Shown here: one piece after another, positions 1 through 11,409 of the stretch
Position numbering within the stretch: position 1 is the first letter of the stretch
Layout of the letters: each line of letters starts with the position of its first letter
Origin: Macrostomum lignano
Taxonomy: Eukaryota
Length of the DNA: 64,000 nt
Direction: 5' to 3'
Assembly: GCA_002269645.1 (NCBI GenBank)
Contig: NIVC01002703.1
Span: 53,408 to 117,407 of the forward strand
Program-made: the position numbers and the translations under genes
Notes under the pieces: generated by a model
Told to the model about the DNA's origin: nothing
Database searches by the model: none
Seen by the model: the letters and a program-made list of their open reading frames with translations, nothing else

Positions 1-2
1 GA

Positions 3-1649
3 CTAAAGCAAAGCATCCGCCAAGGAGTAATCACTGCGTACGATCTGTCAAAACCATTATTCTTGACCTGTGATGCATCTAAAAAGGGACTAGGATTCGT
101 GCTCTCTCATGACAGAGAACAGATGCAGATTGTCTGGCTCGGAAGCAGAGTGCTCACGCCCGCAGAGTGCAATTACGCTAACATTGAAAGAGAAGCATTG
201 GCAATCGTGGAAGGAGTGAAGTATTTCCATCAGTTTTTAGCTGGAAGAAGATTCACTATTTTATCAGATCACAGACCGCTACAGTTCATCTTCAATCACA
301 GCAAATCGTCTGAACGTGTTTCAGCCAGATTGCAACGCTGGTCTCTCATTCTGCAAGCATATGAATACAACATTGAATACGCCAAAGGTAGTACAATGTT
401 TGCTGCCGATACGCTTTCGCGACTTCCGAGTGGTGAATTACTGCCCAATGAATCTGTGAACTTATTGTCAATCAATGCGTTGGACAGTTTTGCAAACTCT
501 GATGATTTATTGCATCGCATTGCTATGTCTAACGACCACAACCTTCGGACACTAAAGCATTATATTCAGAATGGATGGCCGGAGTACCTACCCAAGACTA
601 TACTGCCGTACTCGAAAGGAAAGTTGGAATATACAATTCAGAATGCTGTTGTATTCATAGGATTGCGGATTGTACCACCGCAAGGGCTAAGAACTGAAAT
701 TTTACATCTGCTCCACGAGAATCATCCAGGAGTGGTGCGCATGATTCGCTTGGCACGACAATATTTCTGGTGGCCAGGTATTGACACGCAGATTAACAGC
801 TTCGTGCGCAGGTGCGCCCAGTGTCAGCTTCACGCGAGGAAGAGAACAAATGCGAATTTATCGTCCTGGGAGGATGCGCAGACATTCTTTGAAAGAGTCC
901 ACGCAGACATAGCTATGTTCAAAGGACACAAGTTTCTAGTGCTAGTAGACGCGTTCTCCAAGTGGGTGGATGTTCGACACGTTGATTCACTTAAGTCACA
1001 ATCGGTGGTTCGGGCGTTTCGACATACTTTCAAGTACATGGGTATACCGAAGACGCTGGTGACTGATAATGGTACAAACTTCACTTCACTTGAATTCGCT
1101 ACGTTCCTCAAAGAGAACTTTGTGCAGCACGTTCTGACTCCATCAGGTCATCATCAGTCGAATGGGCAAGTGGAGCGAGCAATCGAAGAGTTCAAGTTTT
1201 ACTTGAAAAAGAACAACGCTAGTTCTGATACAGCTGAACTAGAGCGACTCATTGTCAGGTTCTGTCTGTTTCAGAATACTACACCGCAATGCAACGGTTC
1301 TATTCCTGCTGGTTTGGTGTTTCATCAACTTTCTAGAACTCGCCTGTCAAGTGTGTGCACTGACTGGACCAAGCCAAGACAGCAGCCTGACCCAGTTTAC
1401 ATTCGTGTGGAACACAAGGAAGAGAAGGTTCCGTCCACAGTTACTACTTCTGTTGGGACAAATACATTTCGTGACAACAAAGGTCGTCTGGTTCATCAAT
1501 CGGACATTTCTCCTAGACTACCAGCTGAGACTGACGAATTCAATGCCAACGAAAGTTCAGATCCTATTCCTGAGGACAAGGCTAGCGAGGAGACAGCTGG
1601 CAAAGCAACGGCTCCTGCTGAAAACGTACGCAGGAGTTCGCGTCAATGA
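3..1649 (+). CDS. Ty3/Gypsy LTR retrotransposon Pol, C-terminal part (RNase H, HHCC zinc finger, DDE integrase); ORF is open from the window edge
   Basis: Frame is open from nt 3 (LKQSIRQGVITAYDLSKPLFLTCDAS). RNase H motifs TCDAS, NYANIEREALAIV, FTILSDHRPL; HHCC HENH...RRCAQC; integrase HADIA / VTDNG / VERAIE. The RT-RH-IN order is Gypsy type. Confidence 0.95.
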   Translation, partial: LKQSIRQGVITAYDLSKPLFLTCDASKKGLGFVLSHDREQMQIVWLGSRVLTPAECNYANIEREALAIVEGVKYFHQFLAGRRFTILSDHRPLQFIFNHSKSSERVSARLQRWSLILQAYEYNIEYAKGSTMFAADTLSRLPSGELLPNESVNLLSINALDSFANSDDLLHRIAMSNDHNLRTLKHYIQNGWPEYLPKTILPYSKGKLEYTIQNAVVFIGLRIVPPQGLRTEILHLLHENHPGVVRMIRLARQYFWWPGIDTQINSFVRRCAQCQLHARKRTNANLSSWEDAQTFFERVHADIAMFKGHKFLVLVDAFSKWVDVRHVDSLKSQSVVRAFRHTFKYMGIPKTLVTDNGTNFTSLEFATFLKENFVQHVLTPSGHHQSNGQVERAIEEFKFYLKKNNASSDTAELERLIVRFCLFQNTTPQCNGSIPAGLVFHQLSRTRLSSVCTDWTKPRQQPDPVYIRVEHKEEKVPSTVTTSVGTNTFRDNKGRLVHQSDISPRLPAETDEFNANESSDPIPEDKASEETAGKATAPAENVRRSSRQ

Positions 1650-1698
1650 CGACCTCCAGATCGTTTCGGTTATTGACGAATATCAGCATTGGTGGGGG

Positions 1699-1929
1699 TG
1701 TTGTGTATTTGCTTTTCTAACTAATTATAGTCATTCATAGACGGACTTTTGATTTAGATATTAGTCTATGGTTCATAGGGATTAAGTTTGACTGTACACA
1801 TTTATTTGCTTCAAGTCTCGATACTTTTTGTTTAAATATAAAACAAGCTACAAGCGCGCTACCGCTAAGACACTTCAACTTCTAACTTCCCAAAAGTTTT
1901 ACCGCCTTTGCGTTATTCAAAACGTAACA
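1699..1929 (+). mobile_element. Probable 3' LTR of the Gypsy element
   Basis: G-rich PPT-like GGTGGGGG (1691-1698) is followed by TGTTG and ends GTAACA at 1929 (TGTT...AACA). The 5' LTR is outside the window, so identity and TSD cannot be checked. Confidence 0.7.
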
Positions 1930-2924
1930 ATCAGGAAGACACTCTAACATTACATTAGTATACCTAGCTAGAAAAAGATGTGCAGAGTGGCATATAAATT
2001 CACGCAGCTCAGCTGGTACTAGACAAATAATTTCACTTTTATTTATCCAGTACTGGACAAATAATAGTTACATTATTCATCCAATATTGGACTGGACGCC
2101 TTGCCCTTTAGGTCCTTAGGCAAATAAGAACAAAAATTTTGATTAAGAACAAAAATTTTGATTAAGAACAAAAATTTTGATTAAGAAAAAATGGGAAAAG
2201 GCAAATATTTTTTCAAAACACCCAAATATTATTTTTAAACCTGCATGCTTTTTATTTTAATATTTTAGCAAACAGATTTTTTTAAAAATAGATAAATTCT
2301 ATAATAGGTTAGGTTAGTTGAGCAGTTTTATATCATTGTAATAAAAGGCAAATGCAAACATCATTATAAATGCTGACAAAAACTTGTACTAATATAAATT
2401 TTATTATAATTTCAAACCTATAACAAGGTGATTTAAATTGACTCAAAGGATCTGCTAATCTATGGTATATTTGTTTTAATTAGATATTATATATATTTTA
2501 AATATTTTATAAATCTCATCTTGTCTCATCTCAAAATTTTTCAATTGTAGACTTTTCTTATCTCAAATCTCATCTTGGTCCAAATCTTGATTTCCAATAG
2601 CTCTAGTCGGAACTTTAGTCATTGCTGTGCAGCACCTAGGCCTATCCCATAGTCAAGATCATATAGGGTGCACGCATAAACAAAAATTGAATAGTTTACA
2701 AATGCATGCCAAAAAATTGAAATATACCCATGCTTAAAACTATGCCTATATTGCAACAATAAATGACCTTTTTCAAATTGTACAATATACCCTTTTTGGC
2801 AGTTAATTTGGTTAATTCTTTGGCTTTTTGGGCTATATTATTTATTGTAGAAAATTGATGCACTCACAGATTTGTTTAAATGGATTATTACCAGCCATAA
2901 TTGAGAAAGCAACATATATGCCAG

Positions 2925-3267
2925 CTGGGTTTTTTTGTGCGCAGTGTGTGTATGCACCTTAAATTTTAAAATCGCACCTTGAAATTGAAAAAGTAGATGC
3001 GGTGCGGTTTAGGTGCGATCTTATAACTATTTTTTTAGGCTTAACCATGCTTAAGCTCATTTGCACTGCCTTAAAATATGAAATGAAATAACTCCTATGA
3101 CCTATTAAGTCATATAGCCTATATGCCTATAGCCTTATATAAGACATGTCCATATATACCCCCAGTTTTCTGAAACAAGAGAAATTGCACTCTGAGCCTT
3201 AAAATCTCACCTTGAAATTTGGCATAAGGTGTGATTTTGCACCTTGTCTTGGGCAAAAAAAACCCAG
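2925..3267. mobile_element. Degenerate MITE-like element
   Basis: Inverted ends CTGGGTTTTTTTG / CAAAAAAAACCCAG; imperfect flanking duplication (TATATGCCAG / ATTATGCCAG). Confidence 0.35.
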
Positions 3268-5501
3268 ATTATGCCAGGATTTCCCAATGTGCAACAAGGG
3301 TCTTATCATTTTTAGCATATATTAAAATATATTCCTATCATATATGACATAGCAAATATAGTGTCAAATGACAATTTTTTTGTATTGGCATTCAAACCCA
3401 GTGTAAAAACTAAGTGTGCACATATACTTTTTTCTTAGGAGTGATGCATGCCAACTATATATGCTTACTTTTGTTGTACATGGCCAATGCACCCCCAAAT
3501 TTTTGGGCATGTACTACATGATCTAGAGTATAGGGCCTATCCAACAATTAAGCTAAATTATGGTATAACCAATGCAATGGTTGTTACTATGGATATAGGA
3601 AAATTTAGGGACAAAAAATGATAACACAATTTTAATATAAAGAAATTTGGTAAAGGCAAATTCAGTGATAATTAATAGCAAATTAATTTGGTAACAAGCC
3701 TTTTATAAAGTTACCATAGTCCAGAAGGTGGCCTTTATGCCAGAAAATTCTGGCATATTTTTTCTCTCACTGACAATCTTGGTATACACTTGGCATATAG
3801 AATTTTCAGGTTCAACATGAGGTGAACATAGTCAGCATGCAAAAAATAGGCAAGTACAATGCTAATGTAATCATGTAGTAAAATATCAACCAACAAAAGC
3901 TCTAAAAGTATTTGGAAACTAAAATTTAAAATACTAATGCAATTTACAAGTAAAACAAAATTAAAAGAAAGAATATCAGTTTTTAGCAAAAAAAGCTATT
4001 TTAAAGTTTAGTAAAAGTTTTATATTTCTAATTATATATTCTCTAAAAATTGGCATATTGGGCTTGACATAATTTTTTTTATATTTACATTAGCATAAAA
4101 TTGAAAAACATGAAATTTCATTCTGGTATATGCCTGCCATGATTTAGACTATAGTATAGCCCATAGTTCAGATTTTGTATTATTGTATACCAGGTTTATT
4201 GCTGGAAAAAATGACACGACTTTGTTTGTATGCCAGCTTGTACGCCAATATAAAAAGTCATTTGACACAATTTATCTACTATGTCATATATGCTAATAAA
4301 TGGTAAAAACCTTTTTTATACTAGGAAATCCCTTCAGATTCTAAACTGTAAGGTATAGCTAAAGTTAAAATGTTCTTTAGTTGTTTTGGGACTTAAGCTG
4401 TTTGGTTTTTTATTTAATATCATTTAGTTCTTAATAAATTAATTTTTATTTACTGTATTATTTATTTGCTAAATATTTTAAAGTTTCATAGATTGACATC
4501 AATCTTAAAAACAAAGTGTCAATTTCAAATCAGGGATCTATATTCAAGATGCCAAATGAAAATTAAGATGTCATGGCATTTGCATACCTAGAAACCTAGT
4601 TACTATAGCTTTTGGTTTTGTTAAACTTTGTTAGATTTAGTTAGGCTTTCAGAACGGAGTTAGTAGACTTTTATCTCTAGGGCTAGCTCATGGCTTCAGG
4701 CTAGAAAGAGAATAAACAATGAGAAAATAGTGAGGAAACAGATGTGTATAAAAGAAAAAAATATAAGAAAATGAATGACAAAAGAGAGGGGAGAGAAAAG
4801 GGCAAAAGAAATGAAAGGAGAAGGTTAAAAAGAAAGAGAAGACATTGAAGAGAAGACAGAAGGGAGAATTGAAAAGACATGGGAAGAGAAGAAAAATATA
4901 TATAAGAGAGAAGAATAAGAACGAGAGAAGAGAGATAAGAAAGTAGAGAGTAGAGAAAAGAGAAAAGGCAGAGAAATAAGTAAAAAGAGGAGATGAAGAA
5001 AAAAGAGGGGAAAGGAAATAAAAGAATAAAGATATGATATAAGAGAATAGTGACAATATTAGAAAGGAAAGATAGAGAGTAGAGATGAGAGAGATGAGAA
5101 GAGGAAGAAGAGAAGAGAAGTTACGACCTAAGGAAATAGAAGAGAGAGGAAAATACCAGAGTTTACCAATGCATGTCTTAGACAGACATTGCCTGTCATT
5201 CTGTGCAGCAACCCAGTCCCTCTAGCCAATGAGATCCAATGCTGGCTTAAAATCTTAATTTTGACTTTTGGTAGTTGGCATCCCATAAGGATAAAGAAAT
5301 AAATTCCCATACTTGTATGCTTGAAGCTGGTTTAAAATATCCACAACTTTAAGTAAAATCTGCTATAAAATTATAATTATAACATTCAATAAAATTAGAC
5401 TTGTCTGCATACTTTACAGGATATCCATGTGTTTGTAGATTTATTCTTAGTATGGCATATATTTGTTTACTAAAATGCATCGTCTAAAAATATCATTTTA
5501 G

Positions 5502-6521
5502 TTCCTGACAGAGCTGACAAAACTTTTTCAAAAGTCAAAGTCATCTGGCACGGGCACTGTACGCATCACCATGAAGCAATGTAAGTGACTTGACGTGTAA
5601 TTTCAAGATCAAATCGAAACTACTTTTATAGACCAAAGTAAAGACAGGAAGCAAATTATGCTCGTAGCCTATTAGTTAACATATCTTCTCTTACCCTAAA
5701 AGGGATAGATTTTGTACAAAAGTAGCTTATTTTATGATTTACTGGTGTGCCCATTGGTGCTACAACTTCAGGGGCCAGATAAAGAATTCAGCACATGGCT
5801 GCGGGCCAGAATCACAGATAAAGGAAAGGTGAAAGAATAGAATATGAGAGAGGAGACTAGAAAGTACTAGATAAGAGGAGAGGAGAGAATTGAGAGAGGA
5901 GAGAAGGGATAATAGTGCTAAGAAGACACAAACCTTAAGCAGTCTGGATTGCTATTGTTAAGTTTCACAGAAAACAACTTTGTATAAACTAATATTTTAT
6001 CAACTATAAATTCCCGGAGTTATTAATCCTCGAGCACTAATTAGATGACGAGTTACTTGCTAGTTACTCCCGCCGTTTACCCACAGGCATCACGATTTAT
6101 TGTTGAAAATGATAACGCACGTTTCTTAAGCCCACAGCTTTTCGAAATTCGCTCCAGCTTGGATGAGCTAATCCCTGGGCCAATCTCAAACAATTTTTTA
6201 TTCAAAACTCTTGCAGACGACGGCCAGGACCGGCACAGACCGCGCAAAAATCGGCAACCTCGCCGTCGCGCTGGCGGCAGCGGCTCCGGGGATGCCACAT
6301 CGTCTGGCGGCGGCGAGTGCGGCTGTTTGATTCGGGCCACACTGAACAGCCGGAAGCTGAGCACAGTGGTGCACCAGAAAGATGTCAATCGGTTCCAATT
6401 GGCATTCTCCAGCTTGCTCAAAGGCAACATTGACGGGCTTAAAAAGCGGGATAAAAAAGCCGCCGCTGCTGCCACTGCCGCCGCTTCCGCTGCTGCCAAA
6501 GCCAAGGCCAAGGCTAGCTAA
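5502..6521 (+). CDS. SRP14: Signal recognition particle 14 kDa protein; exons 5502-5580 and 6217-6521; first micro-exon not found
   Basis: ttttag|FLTELTKLFQKSKSSGTGTVRITMKQ-T|gtaagt ... ttgcag|AC (Y)DGQDR...CLIRATLNSRKLSTVVHQKDVNRFQLAFSSLLKGNIDGLKKRDKK. This matches SRP14 (human FLTELTRLFQK...CLLRATDGKKKISTVV...DGLKKRDKK). The phase-1 intron joins in frame. Confidence 0.93.
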
Positions 6522-6690
6522 ATTGCCTACCGTAGCTGTGTATTGTTTCTGTTCTGCCACCGCTAATCATTGGTTAATTTTGCAAAATGTTGATTTAAAG
6601 TCTGGGGGATCGCTTCCTGTTATTGTATTGGTCAATATTTACAGTTTACTGTGTTTAAGTGCCTGTTTCTTAAACAGTTCCTAAGGCATG

Positions 6691-7616
6691 TCAAGAGGGA
6701 CAGTCTATGGTCAAGAGGGACAGCCTATGGTCAAGCAAGAGTGACAGTCTATGGTCAAGAGGGTCAGCCTATGGTCAATAGTGACAGTCCAATGGTCGAG
6801 AGTGACAGTCTATGGTCAAGAGTGACAGCCTATGGTCAAGAGTGACAGTCCGATGGTCGAGAGTGACAGTCTATGGTCAAGAGGGTCAGCCTATGGTCGA
6901 GAGTGACAGTCTATGGTCAAGAGTGACAGTCTATGGTCAAGAGTGACAGTCTATGGTCAATAGTAACAGTCTATTGTCAATAGTGATAGTCCAATGGTCG
7001 AGAGTGACAGTCTATGGTCAAGAGTGACAGTCTATGGTCAAGAGTGACAGTCTATGGTCAATAGCGACAGTCTATGGTCAATAGTGACAGTCTATTGTCA
7101 ATAGTGATAGTCCAATGGTCGAGAGTGACAGTCTATGGTCAAGAGTGACAGTCTATTGTCAATAGTGATAGTCTATGGTCAAGAGTGACAGTCTATGGTC
7201 AATAGTGATAGTCCAATGGTCGAGAGTGACAGTCTATGGTCAAGAGTGACAGTCTATGGTCAATAGCGACAGTCTATGGTCAAGAGTGACAGTCTATGGT
7301 CAATAGTAACAGTCTATTGTCAATAGTGATAGTCCAATGGTCGAGAGTGACAGTCTATGGTCAAGAGTGACAGTCTATGGTCAATAGCGACAGTCTATGG
7401 TCAATAGCGACAGTCTATGGTCAATAGCGACAGTCTATGGTCAATAGCGACAGTCTATGGTCAAGAGTGACAGTCTATGGTCAATAGCGACAGTCTATGG
7501 TCAATAGCGACAGTCTATGGTCAATAGCGACAGTCTATGGTCAATAGCGACAGTCTATGGTCAAGAGTGACAGTCTATTGTCAATAGTGATAGTCCAATG
7601 GTCGAGAGTGACAGTC
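6691..7616. repeat. 20-bp minisatellite (CAAGAGTGACAGTCTATGGT)n, about 46 copies
   Basis: 20-nt periodicity is directly visible. Confidence 0.95.
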
Positions 7617-8235
7617 CCTGTATCTTACTGATAGAGTGTGACAATAAATGATTCAAAGTGTCAATTTATTAGTTAGGGCAAATTTCAACAGCTCAAGCAG
7701 CAATTGTGCACGCCTAGTGATAAAGTTATACGCTTTATGCCATACCCTCTTACGTGCGAGTGTGCACGCGTGTCATTCGAATTCCAACCCCATTGCGACA
7801 CTATACTCGTATTTAGAATTTTCAACTGTTGCAAGTTTCTCGAGTTTGCTTAATTTTGTTGAATTTTCATTAGTAAAGTAAAGTTTACTCTCTGCTTTGT
7901 GAAAGCAAATAAGAGGCTTGGGTAACCCTTGTTCAGTGCGCTTTTTGGTTTGAGCTTTTATCCTTGGGGTGAATTTGTTATTGCTTAGTCTATTGAATAT
8001 CGCAACTGGAGATTAGTTCTCAGTGAAATGCTGTTCTGTTAGAATTTATTGATTGATGCTTAAACCTGTATTCTCTCCTACCCCACTCCCTTATCTGCCT
8101 GTCTCTCTGAATTTTGATGTACTTTCATCTATAGTTACCAAGCGTAGGCCTCACAAAAGCGTCTTATAGTGAAGGATGGAAAACTTTTCTTAGAAAATAT
8201 TTGAGGCTGGTTCAAATAGAGTATAATAATATAAT

Positions 8236-8535
8236 TTATAATAATAATTGATTACACCTGCCCCAATCGGCAGATGTACAACCGACAGCTCAGCCGCAGC
8301 TATTGCGAGGCGCATCTGAAGGCTGCGTACGGCTGTTCAGTCCAAGGACTGGGGGGTCGCCCACACCCTCAGTTACCCCAGCTAATGCTGGCACCTATTT
8401 TACAGCTGGGTGAACTGAAGCAATGCAGAGTTAGGTGTCTTGCTCATGGACACAAATTGTTCCAGTGGGATAGGGAATCGAACTCCCGAACTTCAAGTAG
8501 TAAGCCCGCCGCTCTGACCACTGGCTGCAACCCCC
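8236..8535 (-). mobile_element. tRNA-derived SINE family 1 (CORE-like), full-length copy
   Basis: On the minus strand: A box TGGTCAGAGC, B box GTTCGATTCC, CORE-like TGTGTCCATGAGCAAGACACC...CTGTAAAAT, (ATT)n tail. Near-identical to copies at 12485, 22795 and 45493. Confidence 0.85.
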
Positions 8536-9117
8536 TCTAAATATGAATAAGCAGTGGTTTTATTAGGAGGAAACCAGGGAATAATGATATTGTTTGTCAT
8601 TTCAGACATTTTTTGCTTGGAAAGATAAAAAATGATCGAAATATAAAAGCAATTTTGTGCATTTGCCTCGAATAATTTCTAAGAAATAGTGTTTCCTGTA
8701 TTTTACTCAAATTAATTTGTCTGATTGCATTGCTCTTGTCCTGCGTGCTTTGGTAAATTCTCTTTGCTGATGTTGTCTGTTTGCGTGCATTTTTATTTTG
8801 CTTCGCCTTTGGCGCCTGCTAAAGAGAAGAAAGGAAATTAATAAACATTTCTTGCGTGTTTGCCGTGGTCTATTGATTGTTAGACCCGGCGCTGAACTTT
8901 GGGAATGGGGACAGTGCGTTCTGTTGTCATTGGAGACTGTTGGCAACCAGTGGTTGTGTGCTTCAACTTTATTTTTGTACCGTTTATGGTTGACTGAGTC
9001 CCTGAGTATCCCAATCATCAACTGCTCTCAGCATCTATACCGTCTCAACTACCTTAGTTATGAAATCTTCTGCATTTTCTGTTACAATATCTGAATCATA
9101 TCTAGCAATAAAAATGG

Positions 9118-10682
9118 TTCCTATTCATATCTGAGCTCTCTTATTCATAGCTGAGTTGGCTCCTGTTCATAGCTGAGTTGGCTCCTGTTCATATCTGAGC
9201 TCTCTTATTCATAGCTGAGTTGGCTCCTGTTCATAGCTGAGTTGGCTCCTGTTCATATCTGAGCTCTCTTATTCATAGCTGAGTTGGCTCCTGTTCATAG
9301 CTGAGTTGGCTCATTTTCATAGCTGAGTTGGCTCCTATTCATATCTGAGCTCTCTTATTCATAGCTGAGTTGGCTCCTGTTCATAGCTGAGTTGGCTCCT
9401 GTTCATAGCTGAGTTGGCTCCTATTCATATCTGAGCTCTCTTATTCATAGCTGAGTTGGCTCCTGTTCATAGCTGAGTGGCTCCTGTTCATAGCTGAGTT
9501 GGCTCCTGTTCATAGCTGAGTTGGCTCCTGTTCATAGCTGAGTTGGCTCCTGTTCATAGCTGAGTTGGCTCCTGTTCATAGCTGAGTTGGCTCCTGTTCA
9601 TAGCTGAGTGGCTCCTGTTCATAGCTGAGTTGGCTCCTATTCATAGCTGAGTTGGCTCCTGTTCATAGCTGAGTTGGCTCCTGTTCATAGCTGAGTTGGC
9701 TCCTGTTCATAGCTGAGTGGCTCCTGTTCATAGCTGAGTTGGCTCCTGTTCATAGCTGAGTTGGCTCCTGTTCATAGCTGAGTTGGCTCCTGTTCATAGC
9801 TGAGTTGGCTCCTGTTCATAGCTGAGTTGGCTCCTGTTCATAGCTGAGTGGCTCCTGTTCATAGCTGAGTTGGCTCCTATTCATAGCTGAGTTGGCTCCT
9901 GTTCATAGCTGAGTTGGCTCCTGTTCATAGCTGAGTTGGCTCCTGTTCATAGCTGAGTTGGCTCCTGTTCATAGCTGAGTTGGCTCCTATTCATAGCTGA
10001 GTTGGCTCCTATTCATAGCTGAGTTGGCTCCTGTTCATAGCTGAGTTGGCTCCTATTCATAGCTGAGTGGCTCCTATTCATAGCTGAGTTGGCTCCTGTT
10101 CATAGCTGAGTTGGCTCCTGTTCATAGCTGAGTTGGCTCCTGTTCATAGCTGAGTTGGCTCCTATTCATAGCTGAGTTGGCTCCTATTCATAGCTGAGTT
10201 GGCTCATATTCATAGCTGAGTTGGCTCCTATTCATAGCTGAGTTGGCTCCTGTTCATAGCTGAGTTGGCTCCTGTTCATAGCTGAGTTGGCTCCTGTTCA
10301 TAGCTGAGTTGGCTCCTGTTCATAGCTGAGTTGGCTCCTATTCATAGCTGAGTTGGCTCCTATTCATAGCTGAGTTGGCTCATATTCATAGCTGAGTTGG
10401 CTCCTGTTCATAGCTGAGTTGGCTCCTGTTCATAGCTGAGTTGGCTCCTGTTCATAGCTGAGTTGGCTCCTGTTCATAGCTGAGTTGGCTCCTGTTCATA
10501 GCTGAGTTGGCTCCTGTTCATAGCTGAGTTGGCTCCTGTTCATAGCTGAGTTGGCTCCTGTTCATAGCTGAGTTGGCTCCTGTTCATAGCTGAGTTGGCT
10601 CCTGTTCATAGCTGAGTTGGCTCATATTCATAGCTGAGTTGGCTCATTTTCATAGCTGAGTTGGCTCATATTCATAGCTGAA
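9118..10682. repeat. 22-bp minisatellite (TCATAGCTGAGTTGGCTCCTGT)n, about 70 copies
   Basis: 22-nt periodicity; ends about 35 nt before the UBL4A ATG. Confidence 0.95.
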
Positions 10683-10717
10683 CTCAACTCTGAGCTGAGC
10701 TCCAACAAACTCTCCAG

Positions 10718-11242
10718 ATGCCCAGCCTGACAGTGAAGCAGCTCCGCGGTGGTGAGCACACCATTGAACTGCCAGACGGTGCCAGCCTCAACGAGCTGCA
10801 CCGGGCCGTATCTGAAGCGTTCGGCTGTCCGCCAGCCAATCAGCGCCTGATGCTGCGCGGCCGGCCACTGCTGGTGCCCGCAGACGTCGCTGATGCCAGT
10901 CTGTCCAGTCTGGGCGTTCGAAACGGCGATCGATTAGTTCTGGTTGTCAAGGAAGCTGCGACTTCTGCTGAATCATCAGGACCAGCGCATGTCGCGGCTG
11001 CCGCTGACTCTTCGAATGTTGGCACCGACAAACCGTCTGCTTCGTCAACAACAGCAACAGCGACATTCGCCGACCTACTCCGGCGTCGGGTTGTTCGCGA
11101 CAATCCGGGCATGGCGCCGGCAGACGCGGACTCCTATGTGGCCATGTTTAGCCGCGCTCTCGCCGCCAAGGTTGACTCGCTGTCGTTGGATGACATTGAA
11201 CGGCTGTGCGCCAACTGGCCTACAGCTGTCAGCCAGGGCTGA
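10718..11242 (+). CDS. UBL4A: Ubiquitin-like protein 4A (GET5/GDX)-like, 174 aa, single coding exon
   Basis: N-terminal ubiquitin-like fold (LTVKQLRG...QRLMLRGRPL...RLVLVVK). The C-terminal SLSLDDIERLC matches the UBL4A TUGS motif (LTLDDIERLA). The ATG directly follows ctctccag. Confidence 0.85.
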   Translation: MPSLTVKQLRGGEHTIELPDGASLNELHRAVSEAFGCPPANQRLMLRGRPLLVPADVADASLSSLGVRNGDRLVLVVKEAATSAESSGPAHVAAAADSSNVGTDKPSASSTTATATFADLLRRRVVRDNPGMAPADADSYVAMFSRALAAKVDSLSLDDIERLCANWPTAVSQG

Positions 11243-11409
11243 TTTGAGACCTGATTGATTGTCTCTGTTATGTTTCTGGCTGGGATATGGGATGAGAGAG
11301 GAGATTAAGAGAACTGAGAAGAGACATTGAGGTTGAGCTATTGTGAAGCAGCATATGATTGCTTTCCTGTGTCGGCACTATTGAGCCGTTGATCTCTAGG
11401 GGTCTCAGA

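Noticed and set aside
2121-2190. Short 19-bp tandem repeat and a degenerate inverted repeat at about 2637/3538
   Set aside because: Too short or too degenerate to assign to an element.
8400-8535. tRNA-like A and B boxes (also at 12485, 23040, 28324, 45493, 45775)
   Set aside because: These are SINE heads continuing into shared bodies and tails; no complete cloverleaf is supported.
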